Positions 39,601 to 49,645 of a stretch of DNA of 64,000 bases are shown piece by piece. The translations under genes were made by a program, and so were the position numbers. The stretch's first letter is position 1; each line of letters begins with the position of its first letter. The stretch is from Vicugna vicugna (lineage: Eukaryota). The notes under the pieces are model-generated. The model was not told the DNA's origin. It made no database searches and was given only the letters and a program-made list of their open reading frames with translations. Location of the stretch: positions 2,269,502 to 2,333,501 of the forward strand of contig MU058059.1 in assembly GCA_013265495.1 (NCBI GenBank), in the 5' to 3' direction.

Positions 39601-40479
39601 TTATATAAAATTGAACTTTAAATAATCCACCTCCTTTGACACTCACTACTTATTAGGGAAGTCGTTCAGCATCAGGTATATTAGAGTGTCTGTGATTCAA
39701 TCACGTTTGTATTCTGCTTATGTAAGTGTTTCAGCCATTCCAGGAAAATCCTTAGAGTTTAGAAGTGAAATTGACTCGTGGCCCACCTGTGTTATCAAAA
39801 TGGTAAGCTTCGGTGTGTTTTCGTTTGGTGCGCCTCTAATGATTAAAAAATGAAAGCACTTTGAGAAGGCGTGTGGAAATAAAACTTAAAGCTGTTTTAG
39901 TGGTAGGATGCTGACACACATCTTGGCAGAGCATTAAAAGCACACATGCTCCTATAAACCGCATAGTGTCAAAGGCAGTGAACACGCTGCCTTCCCTGCT
40001 TCCGTGGAAGGCTGCTCATTTGGCTGTCAGACCAGTGATAATTCAATAGACGACGCAGGTGAAGGCCAGCCCTGGGGTCTTCTCTGGGTTTATGATGCCT
40101 GCGGACATTGAAAGTCCATCTAACGAGTGCCATTATGGAGGGATAGACCGTATAGCTGCCCAGATAACCCTAAGAGGGCAGGGTCTCAGATCCAGAGTCT
40201 GGCCTTTGGTCTTGGAAGAAGGAGAAGTCAGGTTTTGTCAGCTCACCAGGATGAGGTCTGCCCCAAGCTAGAGTCACGTTGGTATTTTATTATTTATCAT
40301 GAGCAAATAAGGCAGCATTGAAGAGAACTGAGTGCTCACAGCCTTAAGCCAGGACGGCCTTTCTTTGTTGGCAAGCTCTGTGCAGACCCAGTGGACTCAC
40401 ATTGTTCTTGGGGGGCCTGGAAACAGGGAATGGAATGTACTGGAAGGCTTAGGTTTCTTCTATAAACATGCGCCCGGGT

Positions 40480-40840
40480 TTAAACCCAGGCCATGTGAGC
40501 ATTGGCAGGAATGCATCCTTGTCCAGTGCCTGTGTCCTGCACAGATCAGTAAGCCGCGCAGGCACGAGTCCTGTCCTGACAGAGCTTGCAGTGTGGACGG
40601 GAGGCATCATGACCATACTGAGAGGATGCAGGGAGCCAGCCAGGTCTCGGATCCTTGAGGGCTTGACACCCATGTGAGACCAGAAGGGCGGGGATACTCA
40701 GGCAGAAGGAGGGGCAGAGCGCAAGGTGGGGAGAGAAAGCCCAGGTGCAAAGGCCCCGGGATGTGGAGAAGCAGGTTTGCATGGAAAGGGCAGAATTCTG
40801 GAAATGCAGCGAGGTGAGGATGGTGGAGCTGGAGAGAGGA
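40480..40840 (-). mobile_element. L2 fragment (degenerate)
   Basis: gtgcctgtgtcctgcacagatcag...cctgtcctgacagagcttgcagtgtgg...ggtgcaaaggccccggga...gatggtggagctggagagag. Confidence 0.5.
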
Positions 40841-41275
40841 GGCCAGCATCTGCTGTCTACCTGGTACCCCCACTTTCTCCGGGGCTGCCCCATGTGCTCA
40901 CATGAGGTCCTCCTCTTGTCCTTGCCTTGTATCAGAGAGCATCCAGATCAGTGACATCGGTGGCCAGAGTTGTCAGTGACGCAGTCTTTGTCTCCACTTA
41001 GAACCTCTTCTGCGGAGAACTTGGCTGTGAGTTAGTGAGAGGTTGAGGCAAGTCTCAGAGGCTGTGTCGTGGCCCTGAGGACCGTCTGGGGCCTTGCCTT
41101 TCTTCATTCTTCCTCCTCCCTATAGAATCCTTATTTTCTTTACTTTTTAAAAATTTTGTTTATTTATTTTAATTGAACAGGGGTCCCATCTTCCCCCACC
41201 AACAATAAGACTTCGAGGTGGATAGGTGGGGCAGCTCATCAGAAATGTACTTGAATTAAAAAAATGAGGATCCTT

Positions 41276-41412
41276 AGATAAACAACAAGTTCAAGTACAG
41301 TGCAGGGTAGTAACCTATGTTGAAAAAGGATATAAAAACTAATATATGTATGTTCAAGTATGACTGAAGCATTGTGGTGTACACCAGAAACCGACACAAC
41401 ATTGTAAACTGA
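41276..41412 (+). mobile_element. LINE-1 3' UTR fragment
   Basis: agataaacaacaag...gtagtaacctatgttgaaaaaggatat...gtatgactgaagcattgtggtgtacaccagaaaccgacacaacattgtaaactga. Confidence 0.8.
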
Positions 41413-41504
41413 TGAGGCTTTTATAGGATCCTATAATGAAAAGATCTTGGTGGTGGTAGGGGAGGACGGGACCCCTTGTTAGGGCGGCTCTGGCGTTGCC
41501 GTTT

Positions 41505-41795
41505 TAAGGACAGTGAAACTGCCCTAATCGTGGAGGTATGACGTTGCACACTTGCCAGAACTCCCTGAGTGTACAGCACAGGGTGACCGCTAACGTGAAC
41601 TGTGGACCTAGTTAGCAGGAATGTGTCGATATTAGTTGATCAGTTGTGCAGACGAACCATACCACAGCAAGATGTTCATCGTAGGGGAGACTGAGGGGGA
41701 AGGAAGGGAGACAAAATAGGTGGGAACTCTGTATTTTCTGCTCAGTTTTTTTGTAAACCTGAACCTGCTCTGAAAAATAAAGTCTATTCATTCAA
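41505..41795 (+). mobile_element. L1MC-type 3' terminus
   Basis: cagtgaaactg...gtgaactgtggacctagttag...gggaactctgtattttctgctcagttttttgtaaacctgaacctgctctgaaaaataaagtct. Confidence 0.8.
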
Positions 41796-42185
41796 ACAAA
41801 CCAACCAAGTTAAAAAACACATGGGGCTGAATAACCCAGGAGGAATACACTTGGGTTTGTTTTTGAAGTAACTCACATCCTGGAAATAGTCTGGGTCAAA
41901 TCAGCTCCCCGAGATCATTGACTCATTATTGCGAGTATATTGTTAATTATTCTCCCTCATCTCACACCTCCCACCATCACTGCCACACAGATGCCCAGTA
42001 AGAATTCAGTGGCACGCTGGAAAGAGAACAGAGGCTCGATTTTAGCTGACGTGTTAAACAGGGACAGATGTTAGGAGCACCTATTAAGAACCACCTTGCC
42101 TTGGAGGTGCGCTGAGTCTCTTCAGGACGCAGCTGGTCACCGCCTTTCTTCTCAGGGCTGTTTGGTGGGACTTCCTGTCCCCTCT

Positions 42186-42683
42186 TGTTGTGGAAAAATG
42201 TGTTATAGCTCAGAGTTATAGCTCAGTGTTACATCTCAGTTGTGACAGCAACCTGGATCCAGGTGAGAGAGCAAGCGGCACTCGGAGAATTGGAGAACTC
42301 AGGTTTATTACGCCAGTGGGCCCAGAGGAATTAACACTTCAAGCTCTGGACCCCATCTATAGGTTTACACTCGTTTTTATAGGCTGCCAGTTTATACTTT
42401 GCAACATCATATGCAAATGAGGTATAACGAAAAGTTGACTAATTAGGAACAATCTTTGTAGAAATGGACCACTCAGGAGTGAGAGGAATAACCAATCAGG
42501 AGTGAAGGAAATAACCGATCAGAAGTGAGCTTAGGGAACCAATGAATTTTAGGAGTAAGTAAGCCCTTTCAGAGGCAAAAAGTGAGATAGAGCCTCTGGG
42601 CCAGGGAACCGGATGGTGCTGGCAGGAGAGTAGTGGCCCTGCTTGGGGGTCCTGCGGGTCTTTTTATGGGGCTTCCTGCCTCA
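42186..42683 (-). mobile_element. ERV (ERV1-like) solo LTR, 498 bp
   Basis: On the minus strand it begins TGAGGCAGGA and ends CCACAACA (TG...CA). Perfect 4-bp TSD ctct (42182-42185 and 42684-42687). TATAAAAA (42374-42381) lies upstream of AATAAA (42304-42309), the correct U3-R-U5 order. Confidence 0.88.
42374..42543 (-). promoter_or_regulatory. LTR U3 promoter: about 23-bp CCAAT-type tandem repeats, octamer, TATA
   Basis: Repeat units gaccactcaggagtgagaggaat, aaccaatcaggagtgaaggaaat, aaccgatcagaagtgagcttaggg and aaccaatg (42467-42544). ATGCAAAT at 42411-42418; TATA at 42374-42381. Confidence 0.65.
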
Positions 42684-44389
42684 CTCTCTCTGAGAGAGCT
42701 AGGACAGTTTTCCCGGTTCCCCTGTTTCCTCTCCCCTCCAACCTGATAACATGTCCCTGTCTTAGGGGAGCAGTGGGCTGGTGCCAGCAGCAGCGTTATC
42801 TTGGTGCGAAGTTCCTGTCCTCTTCCCATCCTGTCTCCTCCCCTTCTGGGTTGAGGAAGCACAGGCAACCCCAGTTTCCTTCCATTCTCCTTTTGGACTC
42901 TTCCCGCTTCTTACCAGCCTCGCATTTGCAGATGTGCCGTGACCACTTCTGCTTAGCTTTGTATTCTTACCCGAACAAAAAGATTGAAAGGAGATAGTCT
43001 CACTGGTGTCCATTTCCTATTCCTTTAGAAGCTACTTAACTTGGCCGTCTTTACCCAGTGAACCCAGCACTTGCCAAATGGTCGGAAGGTTTGAAGGCCA
43101 GGCGTCCCGTCCCTGCTATTTCTGGAACAGCCACTGACAGCAGCCCGACTGCAGTGAAGCCTGTGAACTGACAGTTCCGGGCAGGCCTGCCATTGCCGTG
43201 GGCATTTGGAGACAGCCGGCCTCTCGGCCCTCCTGACTTGGGGCAGGCATTCCTCCTGAGGTGCCTCGTCCTTTCTGATGATGGATTGAGGGAGACAGGC
43301 TGCACATGGGCAGACAGACACCCCGCCCAGGCATTTGGTGCCATTTAACAGTTTCCTTCCGCTCCTGACATTTTCATTCCCTTCCTTCACCCGCTCATCA
43401 CAAACCATTTGCATCTTTTCTTCTTCCCACGGTGGTAATGCGAAATGACAGACGACACACCCGGGCTCTGGTACTCATCTCGTACGCTCTGTCCTAGTCT
43501 GGTAACACAGCGGGTTTTACACGAGCTGAGCCTCGGCGAGAGAGGCACGTTCCAGGTTGAATTGTACCCCGACCTTGTGCGGGGCAGGGAGGGGGCAGGG
43601 CATCCTTCAGGAGGGACTGAAACCGTCATGAAGCATCCCTGCTCAGAAGGCAGCGGTGGAGGTAAAACGTGTTTCATTTACGAGCTGCTCCTGCCGGCTT
43701 GGGCTTGCCTGGCTAGGACACCTCTTCCCTGGGAAAGAGCAAGGAAGGTGTTTGGTCGTATCCCTTTGGGAAGAGTACCTGATGTCTGCTGTTCTTTCTA
43801 AAGCGCTGTGCCTGACTGTGCAGGACCTCAGTGTAGCTTCACACAATTTGCCTCTTTATCTCCAGAACGATCACTAGAAGGCTGGAGAATCTGTTTAAAA
43901 CTTTGAGACTTACTTTCTTTAAAAAAGAAAGTAGATTTCTTTTTATAAATACATATACTTAAAAAGTGAACAAATTTCATGCGGGGATAGAAGAATGGTC
44001 AGTGATTGATGCCAACATTTTTCAGGGATTTCAGCTTCTGACTTTGAATCAACCAGCCCTTTTACCTCTTATTTCCGAAGCATCCGATCACCAGTCCTAT
44101 CAGAAACTGCACATTTAGGCCGTTTATTATATTTTGAGTGCTGGCTTTCTCCTCCTTGTAGGGATTTTGTTGGGAGGTTTGACCTACAGCCTGATGTGAC
44201 ATGACCATGAAGCACAACAGAGGAAGGGCAGCCCCAGTCTTACTTAGAGCAGGTGCTCAGTTAATATTTGGTTGACTTAGTAAGATATGAGAATGTGCTA
44301 TTAAGCTCACGTGAGGTCTTCCTGGCTTAGTTTGGTTTCTGGACGCACCCTGACCTTGTCCTGTGCTCAGTCACATTGATGACATTTCC

Positions 44390-45030
44390 AGCCTTTAACT
44401 CATGACCCTTGTTTCTGCCTCATGGCCTTTGCACTTCCTGTCCCTCTGCTTAGAGCTCTGCCCACAGTTTTGCCGGCGTTACTATATCCAAATCTCCAGT
44501 CAAATGGTGCGTGGTTGCTAATGAGATATGATTTGGTGGCCTTGTCCAAAACTGCAAGTACACACCCCCTGCCCCGTATCTTCCTCCCCTCCTTTATTTT
44601 CCCCACAGACTCTTCTCCATCTTACAAACTGAATATTTTCCTTACTTTGTTTGTCTCCTCCAAGGAGAATGCAAGTTTGTGAATTCAGGGATCTCTTTGC
44701 TCTATATTCCGTTCTCTGAATTCACCTCTGCACTCCCAGGGTCTAGACAATGCTTGGCACTTAGGGCATTAATAAATATTATTGAATAAGTGGATGCATG
44801 GTGACCTCCCTTACCTCCCCCTCTACAGCCTCACTCCACCCCCATTTCTATGGAAGCTCTAACTGCTGTCTGACGTTATCTTGTTCATTCGTTTGTTTCC
44901 TTATTTGCTGCCTGCCTGTCCTTTCTCTAAGCAAGCCCTAAGGGAGGAAGGGACTCGCTTGCCTTACTTACTGACATTCCAGCACCTGCAACAGTGCTTG
45001 GCAGATAATAGATGCTCAGTAAGTAGCACT
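44390..45030 (+). mobile_element. Two adjacent L2 3' ends
   Basis: cctcatggcctttgcacttcctgtccctctgc...caatgcttggcacttagggcattaataaatattattgaataagtggatg (ends near 44800). Second end: aacagtgcttggcagataatagatgctcagtaag. Confidence 0.7.
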
Positions 45031-45811
45031 TGGGGGTTCAGAGGGGTCTGTGGATCATGTGGCTTGAAGGGTTCTTCCCCACCCAGCCTTCTAGGGTGCA
45101 GGAGGACCTGGGGGGTTGCTGCTTCTGCACAGAAGGAGCTTCACAGGGACATACGGGGACAGGCAGTGTTCTTAAGCCCAACACTTACATCATCTTCCCT
45201 GAACACCCGGCGAGGTTCCAGCCTCACTGGATGCAGCTTCACTGGTGGGGAGCCGGTGCACTGCCATCCTGTCAGGTGCAACCCCTGCTTTCCTGAGACC
45301 ACGAGAGACGTGCTTTCTAAAGTGCCCACGTCAGCATCAATGCAGGATGAATCACTGGGGTGAAGGGAGAAATACGTACCGGAGAACAGGGCAGAGGGAT
45401 GCAGAATGTGGACTTCTGTTCAAGAAGCCGTCATTTGCAGCGCAATTTTATTCTCAAAGCTGTTTTTCTTTTCATGAGAAATGACACTTGGCGTCCATCT
45501 TCACTGAGTCCAACACTCGAACTATTCATAATACCAGCTAACGCAGCACGACGTGGCTCTTAGACATGCCTGTTGTAACAGGTGTGGCTCGGTTTCTAAA
45601 TTCCAGCAAGAAGAAGACTCGAGCCTGGCAGTGGTTTCTGTGTCTGTGGGCCACTTACGCTGCTCACAGGGGATTCTTGACACTGAGTTTGCTGCTCTGA
45701 AGATCTTGGCTCTGAGTTCTCAGTGTGGAAAGTTCGGGAAGAGACCTTGAGAAGGCAGTGACAGTGAACTTGCCAACAAGAGCGAGAGCTCAGTCTCTCC
45801 CTCATTTCCAG

Positions 45812-45940
45812 GCAAGTAAATGGAAACATGATTCATTCTTGGTCAGAAGACTGTCTTTCATCCACAGCCATTCATGAAGATGAGGTCTTGGATGAAAAAG
45901 ATCTGGGTGGTTCTGAAAGATGGAGTAATCCTGCAGAAAG
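45812..45940 (+). other. Candidate 129-nt internal exon (unverified)
   Basis: Acceptor tctctccctcatttccag|G and donor AAG|gtgagc. Length is a multiple of 3. One open frame: QVNGNMIHSWSEDCLSSTAIHEDEVLDEKDLGGSERWSNPAE. Protein not recognised. Confidence 0.25.
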
Positions 45941-46514
45941 GTGAGCAGGTTCCTACACGGATGCGTGGCTCCTGCTACAAGGAAAACCACTTACGCTGCC
46001 AGCATGTCGTCTTCCTAGTAGCCTCCTGGTGTATACCTCCTGCGTCCTGGCTGGCTAAGTACTGAGTGACATCCGAGGGTGAGGAACCATGCGGAGCGAT
46101 AGTCATGTCATTACGACCACTAATGGTTTTATTCTCAAGTGGCAATGCAGTTTGCCAGGCATGTTCACCTCTGTAGTCTTAATAAAAGATGAAGCCAAGG
46201 ACTGTGTTGTGTTCATATTTGTACCTCCTTTAATGGCTCAGAATACATCTTTGCTTCTAGTAGACGTTTTGTCCCTGTTGGAGAGATAAATGCATTACAC
46301 CTCTGCTCCTTGCGGCAGGCCTGAGTGAGGGCGGGGTGGTCATGGGCCAGGACCCTGTCCTCTGGGGGAGGATTGGCTGGTCAGGGTGGGGAGGGCAGTC
46401 CTGTGTCCCTGGTACTAACTCAGTGCCCTCTTCCTGAAAGCGCCAGACCACTAATGGCCAGTGGCCATGGGGAGACTCCACACCTTCCTACACACACTGG
46501 ATACTTCCCAATGA

Positions 46515-46885
46515 TAAATAAATAGTATTTATATTTATATAAATGTTACAGATTTATATTTATAGGTTATAAATACACATGTAGTAAATATAGAAATACA
46601 AGTAATATTTATTTATATAGTATTTTAATATATTTTATATATACTATATGGTATTTAAATATATTTATATATCATATATTTATATGTTGTAAGTATATTA
46701 TAAATATAAATAATACATTTACATTTATATATGTAATATATATTATTTATTTATATGTTGTAAATATATATTATAAATATAAATGTTATTTGTATTTATA
46801 GATTTATATTGTAATATAAATTTGTTATATTTGTGCATTTAGATTGCATAAATGTAATAATATATATTACAATTCTTATACTAGA
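46515..46885. repeat. AT-rich low-complexity tract / degenerate minisatellite
   Basis: About 370 bp of mostly A/T. The motif tatatgttgtaa..tatattataaatataaat recurs at 46681 and 46752. Confidence 0.9.
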
Positions 46886-46989
46886 TGGGTTATTTAGGTC
46901 TCGGTAGTTTCAAGTAGTCCAGTTTTCCTGTGCTGGTGACCTGCTTATTTGCAGCCCCGTCTAAGGGTAACATTTCATCAGAATGGGAC

Positions 46990-47112
46990 TTCAGTTCACT
47001 GAATAAATATTTACCAGGCAGGGACGATGTGTGAGCCTCTGTGCTAGGACCTGGGGATCAGCAGTGAACAAACACCCTCAAAACCCCTGCCTTCCTGGAG
47101 CGTGAAGACGCA
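46990..47112 (-). mobile_element. L2 3' end (left piece of an interrupted L2)
   Basis: ttcactgaataaatattta...ctgtgctaggacctggggatcagcagtgaacaaac...ccctgccttcctggagc. Confidence 0.75.
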
Positions 47113-48019
47113 CAGCTCAGTGTCCTGTTAGTTCTCTTACCGCATAGCCAGGCTCCACCCTCCCCGCAAGCCGAGGGACTTAAAAGCACAGCAACTGCGG
47201 GTTTTGCTCCAGAACCTGCGGTTTGGGCCCGGCTCAGTGGCATCAGCTGGGGCAGTTCCTGTGACTGATGGAACACGAGGGAAATAAGAGGTCCCATCTT
47301 AGGAAAGTAGAGAAAGTCCTGTTGAAGGTGTTAATATCGAGAACATCTTTCCTGCCTTCTGGAGTCTCTCCCTCAACGTGTCATCGTCTGTTGCATTTGC
47401 CCTGTGAGGGATGGGTTCTCTTGGGCTTGAAGGTACCAGCCGGGCAGTGAAGCCCATCCCGGGCACCTGGGGGCTCTACCCGGACACTCGACACACACAG
47501 TCCACCAGCTGTTCTGGGTGGGGAAGTCAGGCCCGGCTTCTCCCCTTCCCAGGGGCCTACTGCCCCACCTGCAGCACCCTGGTAATGTCCACGTGCTTGG
47601 TTCCTGGATTGGGGGTGGATGACGGCTCACCCACGTCAAGCCACTAGTCACAGAAACCAGACTAAGCCAGGAAGACTTCATGTGAGCTCAACAGCACATT
47701 CTCAAATCATGGGTGGTTTACTAAGTCAACCAAATATTAACTGAGCACCTGCTCTAAGTAAGACAGTGGTGCTGCCCTTCCTCTGATGGGGTCACATCAC
47801 ATCAGGCTGCCAGTTCAGGGTGGAGACAGCCCCTGCCATGCTGAAACATCACAGGATACACCCCTGTGTGGCACTCAGCCCCCGCCTGGGCAAGGGTGGG
47901 CAGGGGAGCCAGGAGCTGGGGGAGTGAGCAGCTGGGCACCTGTCCCAGGCACAGGGAACCACACAGGAGCCCAGGCTCTGAGTCCTCTGCTTCCGTTCCC
48001 TTGTCTCCTCAGACGTGAT

Positions 48020-48157
48020 GTATGGGATACAAATCAAAGGTAAAGTTGTTGGGAATTTCAAGACGGAGACCACAGAGCATCAAATCCCCAGTGCTGCCCA
48101 TGTGAGCACAGGGCCCCCAGTGGGTGACTGCACTGGCCCCACCCCCGCGGCTCTTTG
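48020..48157 (-). mobile_element. MER45-type hAT-Tip100 DNA transposon end (element may extend left to about 47260)
   Basis: gaatttcaagacggagaccacagagcatcaaa...tgagcacagggccccc...gtgactgcactgg matches the reverse complement of the MER45 terminus. Confidence 0.7.
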
Positions 48158-48361
48158 CTGGAGTGGGTGCTTCCAGGCGGCTTGCCCCGTGGAGAGCAGG
48201 TTGGTGCTGGCTCTTGGCTGAGACGAGCAGAGAGAGGATGGCCTCACTCCCGGGGCTCTGTCTTCCGTGTGGCATGGTGGCGCGATTCCTGAGAGCAGAA
48301 GCTGCGTCACATTTTCTAGTCCAGCTTTGGGAATCACATGGAGTCACTTCCACCATAGTCT

Positions 48362-48713
48362 TTTTTTCATTTTAGAATTTATTTTTTTTGAAGCAGTCTG
48401 TTTATAATGTGTCAATTTCTAAAAGAGAAAGAAAAATACCATATGATATCACTTATATGTGGAATCTAAAATAAAAGTCCAAATTAACTTATTTGCAAAA
48501 CAGAAACAGACTCAGACAGAAAACAAACTTGTGGTTACTAGGGGGAATGGGGGTGGGGAGGGATAAATTGGGAGTTTGTGATTTGCTGATACTAACTACT
48601 ATATATAAAATAGCTAAACAGCAAGTTCCTAATGTACAGCGCAGAGAACTATATTCAATATCTTGTAGTAGCCTGTAATGAAAAGGAATATGTGTACGTG
48701 TATGTGTATGTGT
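48362..48713 (-). mobile_element. LINE-1 3' end with 5' inversion (48362-48420 minus, 48421-48713 plus)
   Basis: Poly-T plus tgaagcagtctgtttataatgtgtcaatttct, then sense gagaaagaaaaataccatatgatatcacttatatgtggaatctaaa...gaaaaggaatatgtgtacgtgtatg. TSD caccatagtct (48351-48361) and catcgtagtct (48714-48724). Confidence 0.88.
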
Positions 48714-48874
48714 CATCGTAGTCTGTTAGTGGAGGCAGTCACAAAGGCCCAGCCGGGTTCCCGGGGAGAGCACACAGACTCCAGCTACTGATGGGAGCGT
48801 GGAGAGTCCAGAGGAATCGGGTCTGGACATATGGTTGGAGCTGTGTTTCAAGAAAACATCATCTGCCGCAGCAA

Positions 48875-49645
48875 GATGGTCTGCAAGACGGGGATGAGTG
48901 CTGTGGGAACAAAGCAGACACGGGCCAGAAAAGCGGCCTTGGTGGGAGTGAGGGGGTTTGCGACAATGACTAGAGGTCCCGTGATGCCTCCCTGACATTT
49001 GAGGACAGTTAGAGATGGAGTCATGCAGGTACCTGGGGAGAGAATGTTCCCGGCAGAAGAGAGAGCATGCGTAGAATGAATTATGAAAGCAGAGAGGCAG
49101 AGGCAAAGTGGGAGGGAGGGGAGGATTTCAGAAAGAAATGAGGGGGCAGTCAAGTCTTGGAGAGCAGTGGGGGGCTTTTACTCTCACGTGAGTTGCCATT
49201 GGTTTAAAAAATTTTTTTTAAATTATTTTTTCTCTTAACGGAGGCCCTGGGGATTGAACCCAGGACCTCGTGCACACCAAACACGTGCTCTGCCACTGAG
49301 CTCTACCCTCCCCACTGCCACTGTTTTTGAGCCATAGTGTCATATGGCCTGGCTCACTTTTTAGAAAGATCACTCTGGCTGCATTTTGTAGACCAGACTG
49401 TGCAGGGACTCAGGGGGCAACAGGGTGACCTGTTAGGAAGCTGTTGAAGTATTCAGTGCAGATGCTGATCGTTGCTTGGGCCAGGTGGTAATTGACAGTG
49501 GAGGTGATAAGGTGTGGCTGGCCTCTGGATGTACTTTTCAGGGTAGAGCCATGGAATTTGGTGACAGCTTGGATGTGAGGTAGGAAGGAATGGGTCAAGG
49601 GTGATGACAAGGTTTTTGGACTGAGCAACTGGAATTGACCACTTT
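48875..49645 (-). mobile_element. L2 (continuation of the element at 46990)
   Basis: gatgagtgctgtgggaacaaagcag...ctggggagagaatgttcccggcagaag...ttagaaagatcactctggctg...gacaaggtttttggactgagcaactggaa. Confidence 0.8.
49206..49313 (-). mobile_element. tRNA-derived SINE (Vic-1-like) inserted in L2
   Basis: ggaggccctggggattgaacccaggacctcgtgcacaccaaacacgtgctctgccactgagctctaccctcccc. TSD tgccattggttt and tgccactgtttt. Confidence 0.9.

Larger units (their letters stand above)
47121..48870 (-). mobile_element. MaLR MLT1 (F/G/H-like) LTR in three pieces (about 47121-47259, 48158-48361 and 48714-48870)
   Basis: Begins tgtcctgttagttctcttaccgcat. ggcatcagctggggcag joins gctggag...aggttggtgctggctcttggctg. 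gaatcacatggagtcacttccaccatagtc joins tgttagtggaggcagtcacaaaggcccagc. Ends aaaacatcatctgccgca. Confidence 0.65.

Noticed and set aside
42467..42544. Regularly spaced ~23-bp repeats (superficially CRISPR-like)
   Set aside because: Tandem units without unique spacers, inside an LTR U3 in a mammalian genome; they are enhancer repeats.
45651..45999. Exact 13-mer ccacttacgctgc repeated 336 bp apart, flanking the candidate exon
   Set aside because: One nearby 13-mer match is about what chance gives across 64 kb, and the similarity does not extend.
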